A stretch of DNA of 42,348 nt from a virus (Duplodnaviria > Caudoviricetes), in IMG/VR virus record IMGVR_UViG_3300032218_001918, positions 1 through 42,348 of that record. One strand, written 5' to 3'. The position numbers were made by a program, and so were the translations under genes. Under the pieces are notes generated by a model. The model ran no database searches and had not been told where the DNA came from. It was given only the letters and a program-made list of their open reading frames with translations. Shown here one piece after another: positions 34,073 to 42,348 of the stretch (position 1 is its first letter; each line of letters starts with the position of its first letter).

Positions 34073-35601
34073 ACCTTGATTTTTTCACCCCACAAGAGGC
34101 GCTAGCGGCGCAGCTTGCCTTAAAAGACATGGATAGGGTTGAGAAAATAGCGTTTCTTGCCGATTTAGAGAAAAAAGATCACCGACATAAACTTAAAGCA
34201 GCCCAGACAAGCCCGATAGAGTTCGCAAAGCGAGTCTATCCCGGCTTCAAAGTAGGCCCGCACCACAAACGCTTGGCTAAAATATTCCAAGACGTGGTTG
34301 ATGGTAAGAAAAAGCGGGTCATTATCAATATTGCACCTCGTATGGGTAAATCGGAGTTCTCTTCGTACCTATTTCCTGCCTATTTTTTAGGCAACTTCCC
34401 CCATAAGAAAATTATTATGGGCACCCATACGGCGTCTCTCTCCGAAGACTTTGGTCGACGGGTAAGGAACTTAATTGACTCAGAAGAATATAGAGAAATC
34501 TTTCCAGACACAGTCGTTGCAGACGACCAAAAAGCGGCTGGGAAGTGGAGTACTGGTGCTGGTGGTCAGTATTACGCAGCTGGTGTTGGCGGCGCTTTGG
34601 CTGGTCGCGGAGCAGACCTATTTGTTATTGACGACCCACATTCTGAACAAGATATGAAGGCAAACAGCCGCCTAGCGTTTGACAATGCGTGGTCTTGGTT
34701 TCAAACCGGTCCACTGCAACGTTTAATGCCGGGGGGTGCGATCATTGTCATTATGACTAGGTGGTCGTTGCTGGATTTGACAGGGCGTTTGATTGATTAT
34801 CAGATAAAAAACCCAGACACCATACCTTGGGAGATAGTAGAGCTGCCAGCCATCATGGACGCCGGTACAGATCACGAGAAATCGCTATGGCCTGCGCAGT
34901 GGAGCCTAGAGGCGTTAAAGAATACACAACAATCGATCGACCCACGGTACTGGAACGCACAGTACATGCAGAACCCGACGTCAGATATGTCAGCGCTGGT
35001 GTCAAGAAAAGACTGGAAAATATGGGAGGGTGATGATCCACCCCCATGCGAGTACGTGATTCAGTCTTGGGATACGGCGTTTGAAACAAAAAGTTCTGCC
35101 GACTATTCTGCTTGCACAACATGGGGCGTTTTTTATAATAACGAGGATCGGGGTAGCCCTAACGTTATCCTGCTAGACGCTTTCAAAGACCGCATGACCT
35201 TTCCGGAGCTAAAACAAATTGCACTCAAACACTACAAAGAATGGAAACCCGACGCCTTCATTGTGGAGAAAAAGGCGTCGGGTGCCCCGCTGATTCAAGA
35301 GCTACGGCTTATTGGTATACCTGTACAAGAATTTACTCCAAGCCGAGGCAACGACAAAATGGTTCGCTTAAATGCGGTGGCTGATTTGTTTACATCAGGT
35401 AAAGTGTGGGCGCCAGATACTCGCTGGGCAAGAGAAGTAATTGAAGAGATTGCATCATTTCCTGTTGGCGAACACGACGACTTCGTGGATACTACTACCC
35501 AAGCTCTTTTACGATACAGGCAGGGGGGCTTTATCAGCCTTGAAACAGACGAGCAAGAAGATTTAACTTACAAATACCGCAGACGTGCGGCATATTATTA
35601 A
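34069..35601 (+). CDS. terL: Terminase large subunit
   Basis: Walker A APRMGKS, Walker B FVIDD, nuclease WDTA and HDDFVD. Confidence 0.93.
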   Translation: MNLDFFTPQEALAAQLALKDMDRVEKIAFLADLEKKDHRHKLKAAQTSPIEFAKRVYPGFKVGPHHKRLAKIFQDVVDGKKKRVIINIAPRMGKSEFSSYLFPAYFLGNFPHKKIIMGTHTASLSEDFGRRVRNLIDSEEYREIFPDTVVADDQKAAGKWSTGAGGQYYAAGVGGALAGRGADLFVIDDPHSEQDMKANSRLAFDNAWSWFQTGPLQRLMPGGAIIVIMTRWSLLDLTGRLIDYQIKNPDTIPWEIVELPAIMDAGTDHEKSLWPAQWSLEALKNTQQSIDPRYWNAQYMQNPTSDMSALVSRKDWKIWEGDDPPPCEYVIQSWDTAFETKSSADYSACTTWGVFYNNEDRGSPNVILLDAFKDRMTFPELKQIALKHYKEWKPDAFIVEKKASGAPLIQELRLIGIPVQEFTPSRGNDKMVRLNAVADLFTSGKVWAPDTRWAREVIEEIASFPVGEHDDFVDTTTQALLRYRQGGFISLETDEQEDLTYKYRRRAAYY

Positions 35602-35618
35602 TTTTTGGGAACCAAAAA

Positions 35619-38078
35619 ATGAGTATAGAAAAATCGTTGTACCAAGCACCTGCAGGGCTTGACCAACTAGAAGAAATGAACCAAGAGCCGGACATTGAAA
35701 TTGAGATCGAAGATCCAGAATCAGTAAAGCTCAGCGTTGCTGGAGAAGAGATTCTTGATATTGAGAAGGGCGAAGAAGACGCCGACTTTGATGAAAACTT
35801 AGCTGACATATTAGATGAAAGCGTTTTGCAAAGTTTGGCTGACGACTTATCTGAAGATATTGACAACGACATTGGCTCTCGCTCCGACTGGGAGAAAATG
35901 TACAAGGATGGCATTACGTTGCTGGGCTTAAAGTTTGAAGAGCGAACCGAACCTTGGGATGGCGCTTGCGGTGTGTTCCACCCGATGATTACAGAAGCAG
36001 TAGTGCGCTTCCAGTCAGATACCATCATGGAGACTTTTCCAGCAAAGGGTCCAGTACGTACTCAAATTATTGGGCGTGATACCCCAGAGAAAAAAGATGC
36101 GGCGACTCGTGTTGAAGATGACATGAACTACCAGTTAACTGAGAAGATGCCTGAGTACAGACCTGAGCACGAGAAGATGCTTTGGAATTTGCCATCAGCC
36201 GGTTCTGCGTTTAAGAAGGTTTACTACGACCCTAGCTTGCAGCGTCCAGTATCGGTATTTATTCCTGCTGAAGACATCATCCTGCCATACGGCGTTAGTG
36301 AGATAAACACATGTCACCGCATCACGCATCGCATGCGCAAGACAAAGAACGAGCTGTTAAAGCTAATGAATGCTGGCTTTTACCGTGACGTTGAGCTCGG
36401 TGAACCAGATAAGTTTTTAAGTGATATTCAGCAAAGCAAAGATAAAGAGACTGGTTTCTCCGCTACTAATGACGACCGCTTTGAAATGTACGAGTCACAC
36501 GTTGACTTGGATATTGAAGGCTATGAAGATAAAGACGAAGACGGCGAGCCTACCGGGATTGCATTACCTTATGTAGTCACAATGATCCGTGGCACAAACG
36601 AGATTTTGGCTATTCGCCGTAACTGGAAAGAAGACGATGACCTCAAACTTAAACGCCATCATTTCGTACATTACCAATACATTCCGGGCTATGGTTCGTA
36701 TGGCTTTGGTCTGTTTCACCTTATTGGCGGTTACGCTAAGTCTGCTACTAGCATCATGCGTCAGCTTGTCGACGCTGGAACCCTCTCAAACTTGCCGGGT
36801 GGCCTTAAGGCCCGTGGCCTGCGAATAAAGGGTGATGACACTCCGATCGCACCGGGTGAGTTCCGTGACGTAGATGTAGGTAGCGGTTCGATCAGAGACA
36901 ACATTCTGCCGTTGCCATACAAAGAGCCTTCGATGGTTCTGTCTGGTTTGATGGATAAGATCATTGATGAAGCGCGTCGCTTTGCGGCTACTTCGGATAT
37001 GAAGATTAGCGACATGTCTAACCAAGCGCCAGTGGGTACAACGCTTGCGATTCTTGAGCGTAGTTTAAAAGTAATGAGTGCGGTACAAGCCCGTGTTCAC
37101 TACGCTCTTAAACAGGAACTGCAGCTTATCGCTGGTTTGATCCGTGACTACACTGATCCTGATTACACCTACGAGCCAGAAGAAGGTCGTCCAAGCGCCA
37201 AGCGTGAAGACTACAGCATCGTTGAAGTCATTCCAGTATCAGATCCTAACGCAGCAACCCTAAGCCAACGTGTCGTCCAGTACCAAGCTGTTATTCAGTT
37301 GGCACAGATGGCTCCGCAGATTTATGACTTGCCGTTCTTACATCGTCAGATGCTAGATGTGTTGGGAATAAAGCACGCTAACAAAATCGTGCCGCTCGAA
37401 GATGACGAGAAGCCAAAAGATCCAGTAACAGAGAACCAGAACGCACTGAAAGGCAAACCGCTCAAGGCATTCCCGTTCCAAGATCACGAGGCTCACATCA
37501 AGGTTCACCAAATGGCTATGCAAGATCCAATCGTACAGCAACTCATTGGACAGAACCCACAGGCTCAAGCAATCATGGGCTCTATGCAAGCGCATATTGC
37601 AGAGCACGTTGGTTACGCATACAGAAACAAGATCGAGCTGGCATTAGGCGTAGCACTACCGAACCCAGAAGACGAGTTGCCACCAGAGTTGGAAAAAGAG
37701 ATCAGCCGCCTCATGGCAGAAGCAGCACCACAAGTGCTTGCCGAATCCAAAGCTATGGCTGCTCAGCAACAAGCCCAGCAAAACGCACAAGACCCAGTTC
37801 TGCAGATGCAGATGCAAGAATTGCAGCTTAAAGCCCAAGAATTACAGCTTAAAGCGCAAAAAATTCAGGTCGATGGCGCTGCAAAAGCCGATGAATTGGA
37901 GCTAAAACGCCAAGAAATCGAAACAAATGCGGAGATTCAAGTTGCCAAAATGACTCAAGAATTAGAGAAAAACCGTGAAAATCTTCATATAAAACAACAA
38001 CTTGACGGTGCTAGGTTAGGTGTAGACATCGCCAGATCACGGGCAGAAATGAAAAATAAATCAACGAAGAAGGAGTGA
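35619..38078 (+). CDS. Portal protein (P22-like, long Gln-rich C-terminal barrel)
   Basis: 819 aa directly after TerL; Q-rich coiled-coil C-terminus. Confidence 0.85.
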   Translation: MSIEKSLYQAPAGLDQLEEMNQEPDIEIEIEDPESVKLSVAGEEILDIEKGEEDADFDENLADILDESVLQSLADDLSEDIDNDIGSRSDWEKMYKDGITLLGLKFEERTEPWDGACGVFHPMITEAVVRFQSDTIMETFPAKGPVRTQIIGRDTPEKKDAATRVEDDMNYQLTEKMPEYRPEHEKMLWNLPSAGSAFKKVYYDPSLQRPVSVFIPAEDIILPYGVSEINTCHRITHRMRKTKNELLKLMNAGFYRDVELGEPDKFLSDIQQSKDKETGFSATNDDRFEMYESHVDLDIEGYEDKDEDGEPTGIALPYVVTMIRGTNEILAIRRNWKEDDDLKLKRHHFVHYQYIPGYGSYGFGLFHLIGGYAKSATSIMRQLVDAGTLSNLPGGLKARGLRIKGDDTPIAPGEFRDVDVGSGSIRDNILPLPYKEPSMVLSGLMDKIIDEARRFAATSDMKISDMSNQAPVGTTLAILERSLKVMSAVQARVHYALKQELQLIAGLIRDYTDPDYTYEPEEGRPSAKREDYSIVEVIPVSDPNAATLSQRVVQYQAVIQLAQMAPQIYDLPFLHRQMLDVLGIKHANKIVPLEDDEKPKDPVTENQNALKGKPLKAFPFQDHEAHIKVHQMAMQDPIVQQLIGQNPQAQAIMGSMQAHIAEHVGYAYRNKIELALGVALPNPEDELPPELEKEISRLMAEAAPQVLAESKAMAAQQQAQQNAQDPVLQMQMQELQLKAQELQLKAQKIQVDGAAKADELELKRQEIETNAEIQVAKMTQELEKNRENLHIKQQLDGARLGVDIARSRAEMKNKSTKKE

Positions 38079-38081
38079 TAA

Positions 38082-38288
38082 ATGGATGTTGTAACGATGG
38101 ATGTATTACAGGTTTTACGCGATAAGTTACGCGCAGATATGAACAACTACACGGACGATTTGGCAAATGGTCAGTGCTCTAGCTTTGAGCAGTACAAAGA
38201 GCTTTGCGGGGTGATTCGAGGTCTAGCCTATGCAGAGCGCCACTTAATTGACCTCGCTGAAAATATAGAGAAAGCCAACGATGAGTGA
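38082..38288 (+). CDS. Small conserved head-module protein
   Basis: 68 aa with AAGGAG RBS. Confidence 0.7.
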   Translation: MDVVTMDVLQVLRDKLRADMNNYTDDLANGQCSSFEQYKELCGVIRGLAYAERHLIDLAENIEKANDE

Positions 38289-38715
38289 AACCATCGCATT
38301 ACCGGAGTCTGAGTTAATCCTGCCGCCGGGCGTCAAAAGCCCACAAGTGGATCAAGAGTATGAAGAAGCACCATCGGAAGAGAAAGCAAAAGCACTACCC
38401 GACCCTAAAGGTTGGCGTTTGCTCTGCGCATTGATCGACCCTGATGACGCATACGACAGTGGGCTTATTAAGGCAGATAAAACCAAAGAAATCGAGGAAT
38501 TGACCTCGCCAGTGCTGTTTGTTATCAAGCTGGGGCCTAGTGCCTATGATGCGGAAAAGTTCCCGGAAGGCCCGTGGTGTAAGGAAGGCGACTTCGTTAT
38601 TACCCGTCCATATACCGGTACCCGCCTCAAGATTCATGGAAAAGAGTTTCGCTTGATTAATGATGATCAGGTTGAAGCAACTGTTGAAGACCCACGCGGC
38701 ATTACCCGCGTTTAA
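38281..38715 (+). CDS. GroES-like co-chaperonin
   Basis: P.GWRLL, SGLI, VIKLGP.AY, KEGDFV, YTGTR, RLINDDQV. Confidence 0.8.
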   Translation: MSETIALPESELILPPGVKSPQVDQEYEEAPSEEKAKALPDPKGWRLLCALIDPDDAYDSGLIKADKTKEIEELTSPVLFVIKLGPSAYDAEKFPEGPWCKEGDFVITRPYTGTRLKIHGKEFRLINDDQVEATVEDPRGITRV

Positions 38716-38726
38716 AGGAGATACAA

Positions 38727-39692
38727 ATGCCAGATGACGATTACAAATTCCCCCACGAGATTGAAGAAGATCAGGGTAAACCCGTAGATGAAATAGATAT
38801 TGACATTGACGCCGAAGGCGACGTTGATATTCAGATCGAAGACGATACCCCTGAAAGAGATCGATCCGCAAAACCTCTCGATCAAGACGTTGAAGACCCT
38901 TCTGACGAAGAGATTGAGAATTATTCCAAAGATGTTCAGAGCAGAATTAAAAAACTGACTCACGCAAGGCATGACGAACGCCGTGCAAAAGAAGCAGTTA
39001 CTCGTGAGAAAGACGAACTTGAGCGCATGACTGCGGCAATCTTGGAAGAGAACCGCAAGCTCAAAGAGTACGTAAAGAGTGGTGAAGCTACCTACGCAGA
39101 AACCTTGCAGGCTAAGGCTGAAGCGGATATGGAGATGGCACGTCGCAAGTACAAAGAAGCGCAAGAGTCTTATGACTCTGATGCAATGCTTGAGGCACAA
39201 GAAAATCTAACAGACGCCAAGATGAAATTGGAAGCTGCGAAAAATTTTCGTCCAACCCCTTTACAAACAGAAAATTCTGCTGTACAAATGCAATCATCGT
39301 CCCAAGAAGCACCGAGACTCGACGATAAAACCTTGCGCTGGCAAGCAAAAAACCAGTGGTTTGGGTCTCCGGGATACGAAGAAATGACGGCTTTCGCACT
39401 AGGGCTGCACCAAAAGCTAGTGGCTACGGGAATCGACCCCCGCTCTGATGATTACTTCGCTCGTGTTGATGGGCGCTTAAAACAGGTGTTCCCTGAGTTA
39501 TTAGGTATTTCTGAGTCAGCTGACAGAAAGGCTGATCCAGTTAAGAAACCTGCAACTGTAGTGGCCTCTTCTTCCCGATCTACTGGATCAAAGAAAGTAG
39601 TCAAACTAACTACAACCCAACAAAGGTTGGCAGATAAATTTGGCTTATCCCATAAACAGTACGCACAAGAAGTTCTTAAACTGGAGATTTAA
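38727..39692 (+). CDS. Putative capsid scaffolding protein
   Basis: Acidic N-terminus, coiled coil, position between portal and capsid genes. Confidence 0.7.
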   Translation: MPDDDYKFPHEIEEDQGKPVDEIDIDIDAEGDVDIQIEDDTPERDRSAKPLDQDVEDPSDEEIENYSKDVQSRIKKLTHARHDERRAKEAVTREKDELERMTAAILEENRKLKEYVKSGEATYAETLQAKAEADMEMARRKYKEAQESYDSDAMLEAQENLTDAKMKLEAAKNFRPTPLQTENSAVQMQSSSQEAPRLDDKTLRWQAKNQWFGSPGYEEMTAFALGLHQKLVATGIDPRSDDYFARVDGRLKQVFPELLGISESADRKADPVKKPATVVASSSRSTGSKKVVKLTTTQQRLADKFGLSHKQYAQEVLKLEI

Positions 39693-39694
39693 AA

Positions 39695-40147
39695 ATGACT
39701 AATAAACGCACACCACGGGAGCAAGAAACCCGCGAAAAAACCGAAACTCGTTATGTTTACAAACCACCGAGCTCATTGCCTGATCCAACACCAGACCCGG
39801 ATTATGTATTTCACTGGGTAGCAACAGCGATCGCTGGACAACCGAATGACACTAACGTGTCTCAGAAGTTCCGTGACCACTGGGTGCCATGTAAGGCAGT
39901 GGACCATCCTGAATTGCAGGTTCAAGCAAATAAGGAAGGAAACGTTGAAATTGGTGGATTGCTTTTATGCAAAAAACCAAGAGAGATGGCTGAAGCTAGA
40001 GACGATTATTACGACCAAAAAGCTCGTAATCAAATGGAGTCTGTAGATAACAGCTTTCTACGTAATAGTGATGCCCGCATGCCTCTGTTTAGTGATCGCA
40101 AGAGCACAACGACTAAAGGTAGTGGGTTTGGAAGTGGTAACAAATAA
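39695..40147 (+). CDS. Conserved head-module protein
   Basis: 150 aa with GGAG RBS. Confidence 0.7.
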   Translation: MTNKRTPREQETREKTETRYVYKPPSSLPDPTPDPDYVFHWVATAIAGQPNDTNVSQKFRDHWVPCKAVDHPELQVQANKEGNVEIGGLLLCKKPREMAEARDDYYDQKARNQMESVDNSFLRNSDARMPLFSDRKSTTTKGSGFGSGNK

Positions 40148-40168
40148 CTTTAATTTTAGGAGATTTAA

Positions 40169-40795
40169 ATGGCTTATCCAACCGTTTCAGCTCCCTATGG
40201 CTTAGTACCAATCAACAGCGTAGATGGCAAACCATACGCTGGTGCAACCCGTCAATTGCCGATCGCAAGTACTTATAACACTGCGATTTTTAACGGGGAT
40301 ATTGTTCGCATAGCCGCAGGTGGTAATATTCAAAAATCAACTGTAACTGTTGACTCTACTACAGCAGCCGCAAACAACACCTATGGTGTGTTTATGGGTG
40401 TTCAGTATGTAAACAGCCAAGGTCAGCTTATCCAGTCTCAATACTATCCGGGTAACGCCGCTGCTTCTAGCGCTGTTGCTTATGTAGTTGACGATCCTAT
40501 GGCTGCTTTCAAAGTAGCTGTAACTTATTCTGGTAACGCTACTGTAACTACAGTTAACCAAAGCATTGTTGGTACCAACATGTCTGTACGTCAAGGTACC
40601 GGTAACACCACTACTGGTGATTCTGCTGTTTCTGTGTATGCAACTGATGCACAAGGTAACGCTGCAGCTCTTCCAGTTCGTGTAGTTGAAGTTGTTCCAG
40701 CAACTGCAGCTAGCGCTGGTAACTACACAGAAGTGGTAGTAAAGCTTAACAACCCACAAATCCTCCGTGCAGCCGCACTGGATTACGCAGCTTAA
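40169..40795 (+). CDS. Putative capsid decoration/cement protein
   Basis: Beta-rich A/T/V/G composition, immediately upstream of the capsid gene. Confidence 0.55.
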   Translation: MAYPTVSAPYGLVPINSVDGKPYAGATRQLPIASTYNTAIFNGDIVRIAAGGNIQKSTVTVDSTTAAANNTYGVFMGVQYVNSQGQLIQSQYYPGNAAASSAVAYVVDDPMAAFKVAVTYSGNATVTTVNQSIVGTNMSVRQGTGNTTTGDSAVSVYATDAQGNAAALPVRVVEVVPATAASAGNYTEVVVKLNNPQILRAAALDYAA

Positions 40796-40807
40796 GGAGC
40801 TAAATAA

Positions 40808-41722
40808 ATGGCTATTTCACGCGCACAACTACTAAAAGAGCTGCTCCCGGGCTTAAACGCATTGTTTGGATTAGAGTACAAGCGTTACGGCGAAGAGCAC
40901 AAAGAGATCTACGAAACAGAGAAATCTGAGCGTAGCTTCGAAGAAGAAACAAAGCTGTCCGGTTTCTCTGCTGCACCAGTCAAGAACGAGGGCTCAGCCA
41001 TCGCTTACGACAATGCACAAGAGGCATTCACAGCTCGCTACAACCACGAAACAATCGCTTTGGGCTTCTCAGTAACTGAAGAAGCAATCGAAGATAACTT
41101 GTATGACTCTTTGTCTGCTCGTTATACCAAAGCATTAGCTCGTGCAATGGCATACACCAAGCAAGTTAAAGCTGCTTCTGTATTGAACAACGGCTTCACC
41201 AACTCCAGCCAGTACTACGGCGGCGACGGCGTTCCACTCTTCTCTACAGCGCATCCTTTAGTTTCTGGCGGTACTAACAGCAACACATTTGCAACTCAAG
41301 CTGACTTGAACGAAACTTCATTGGAAAATGCAGTTATTCAAATCGCTGCTTGGACTGACGAACGTGGTCTGTTGATTGCTGCAATGCCACGTAAGTTAAT
41401 AATCCCACCAGCACTGCAATTCGTTGCAACTCGCTTATTGGAAACTAACTTGCGCGTAGGTACAACTGACAACGACATCAACGCGTTGAAGAACAACGGT
41501 TCTATCCCAGAAGGTTACGCAATTAACCACTATCTGACAGATACAAACGGTTGGTTCTTGACAACTGATGTACCTAACGGCATGAAGCACTTTGAGCGTA
41601 TGCCTTTGGCTAACTCTATGGACGGCGACTTTGATACTGGTAACGTACGTTACAAGTCTCGTGAGCGTTATTCATTTGGTTGGTCTGATCCACTCGGAAT
41701 GTTTGGTTCACAAGGCGCTTAA
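40808..41722 (+). CDS. Major capsid protein
   Basis: 304 aa, MAISRAQLLKELLPGLNALFG...DFDTGNVRYKSRERYSFG; strong RBS; followed by a terminator. Confidence 0.85.
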   Translation: MAISRAQLLKELLPGLNALFGLEYKRYGEEHKEIYETEKSERSFEEETKLSGFSAAPVKNEGSAIAYDNAQEAFTARYNHETIALGFSVTEEAIEDNLYDSLSARYTKALARAMAYTKQVKAASVLNNGFTNSSQYYGGDGVPLFSTAHPLVSGGTNSNTFATQADLNETSLENAVIQIAAWTDERGLLIAAMPRKLIIPPALQFVATRLLETNLRVGTTDNDINALKNNGSIPEGYAINHYLTDTNGWFLTTDVPNGMKHFERMPLANSMDGDFDTGNVRYKSRERYSFGWSDPLGMFGSQGA

Positions 41723-41731
41723 TAGCGACGT

Positions 41732-41761
41732 AAAAAGGGGAGCCAAAAACTCCCCTTTTTT
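41732..41761 (+). terminator. Rho-independent terminator (potentially bidirectional)
   Basis: AAAAAGGGGAG-n7-CTCCCCTTTTTT. Confidence 0.85.
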
Positions 41762-41785
41762 ATTTATTTGTAGTAAGATTACTGA

Positions 41786-41859
41786 AACTGGGTGAATTGC
41801 TTATCAAACTGCCCCAGCAGACGACATACCGATTGATAGGCGTATCTTGTATGTAAGGA
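41786..41859 (+). ncRNA. Candidate structured 5' leader (kissing loop / pseudoknot)
   Basis: P1 CTGGG/CCCAG, P2 ACATAC/GTATGT, loop-loop GCTTATCAA/TTGATAGGC. Confidence 0.5.
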
Positions 41860-41868
41860 CAATTTATT

Positions 41869-42348
41869 ATGGCACTATCAACTACCCAATCAATTTGGCG
41901 TTCCGGTGGCGGCGATCAAACTCGCGTCGCAAACTGCGGATCTATGGACATGTATGTCCCGTTCTATATCGCTAACGTAGCAGCAACTGCAAACGTGGTA
42001 AACGTTTCTGGCGGCTCTGCTTTAGTTCTTCCAGCTAACGCTGTTGTTGTAGCTGTAAACGTTACTGCAACTGGTACTGGCGCTATCGACTTAGGGTTTA
42101 CCCCACTAATCGGTGTCGGTAATGGTCAGACTCCTACTTTAGGCACAAACGTACCACAGGCTTATTTAGCTAACGCTTCTACAGCTACTCGTGTGTCTGT
42201 GACTATCGGCGGTACAGGTGGTGGCGCTTCTTTAGGTAACGTATCTAACGCAACTAACTTAGTTGTTGTTACTTCTAAAGCTAACGGCGTAGCTTCTGGC
42301 ACTGTAACTGGTAGCATCAGATACTACATCTACGACACAGCCGTACAA
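41869..42348 (+). CDS. Virion structural protein, truncated by the window edge
   Basis: Open frame MALSTTQSIWRSGGGDQTR... to the end of the window; AAGGA RBS; A/G/T/V/N-rich. Confidence 0.7.
   Translation, partial: MALSTTQSIWRSGGGDQTRVANCGSMDMYVPFYIANVAATANVVNVSGGSALVLPANAVVVAVNVTATGTGAIDLGFTPLIGVGNGQTPTLGTNVPQAYLANASTATRVSVTIGGTGGGASLGNVSNATNLVVVTSKANGVASGTVTGSIRYYIYDTAVQ

Noticed and set aside
41781-41830. Hammerhead ribozyme (GAAA and CAGACGA)
   Set aside because: Core would need CUGANGA, and the order of stems does not fit
1-42348. Host assignment, alternative genetic code, tRNA genes
   Set aside because: No sequence evidence names a host; genes read through intact with the standard code; no cloverleaf was recognised by eye

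Overview
This window is most of the genome of a tailed dsDNA phage, probably podovirus-like, and appears circularly permuted. The structural module starts near 33.5 kb (terminase, portal, GroES-like protein, scaffold, major capsid protein), runs off the right edge, and most likely ends with the 2965-aa virion/ejection-type protein at the left edge. From ~33 kb down to 8.9 kb all genes are on the minus strand: a cluster of small early genes, a MoxR-AAA/vWA-metallopeptidase module, then replication genes (PolA with Leu at position 762, SNF2 helicase, Cas4-like exonuclease, SSB-like protein, primase-DUF927 helicase fusion). I saw no integrase, tRNA, CRISPR array, tail or lysis genes. The most interesting signals are non-coding: (1) two tandem predicted small RNAs with anti-Shine-Dalgarno motifs at the early/late divergence point, one matching a repeated RBS junction in the MoxR module; (2) eight copies of a 16-bp palindrome GGGGACAnnTGTCCCC confined to the early region, four inside ORFs; (3) a symmetric ~300-bp origin-like element with 47-bp inverted arms; (4) a predicted kissing-loop RNA downstream of the capsid gene. 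Product calls come from motifs recognised by eye; no searches were run.
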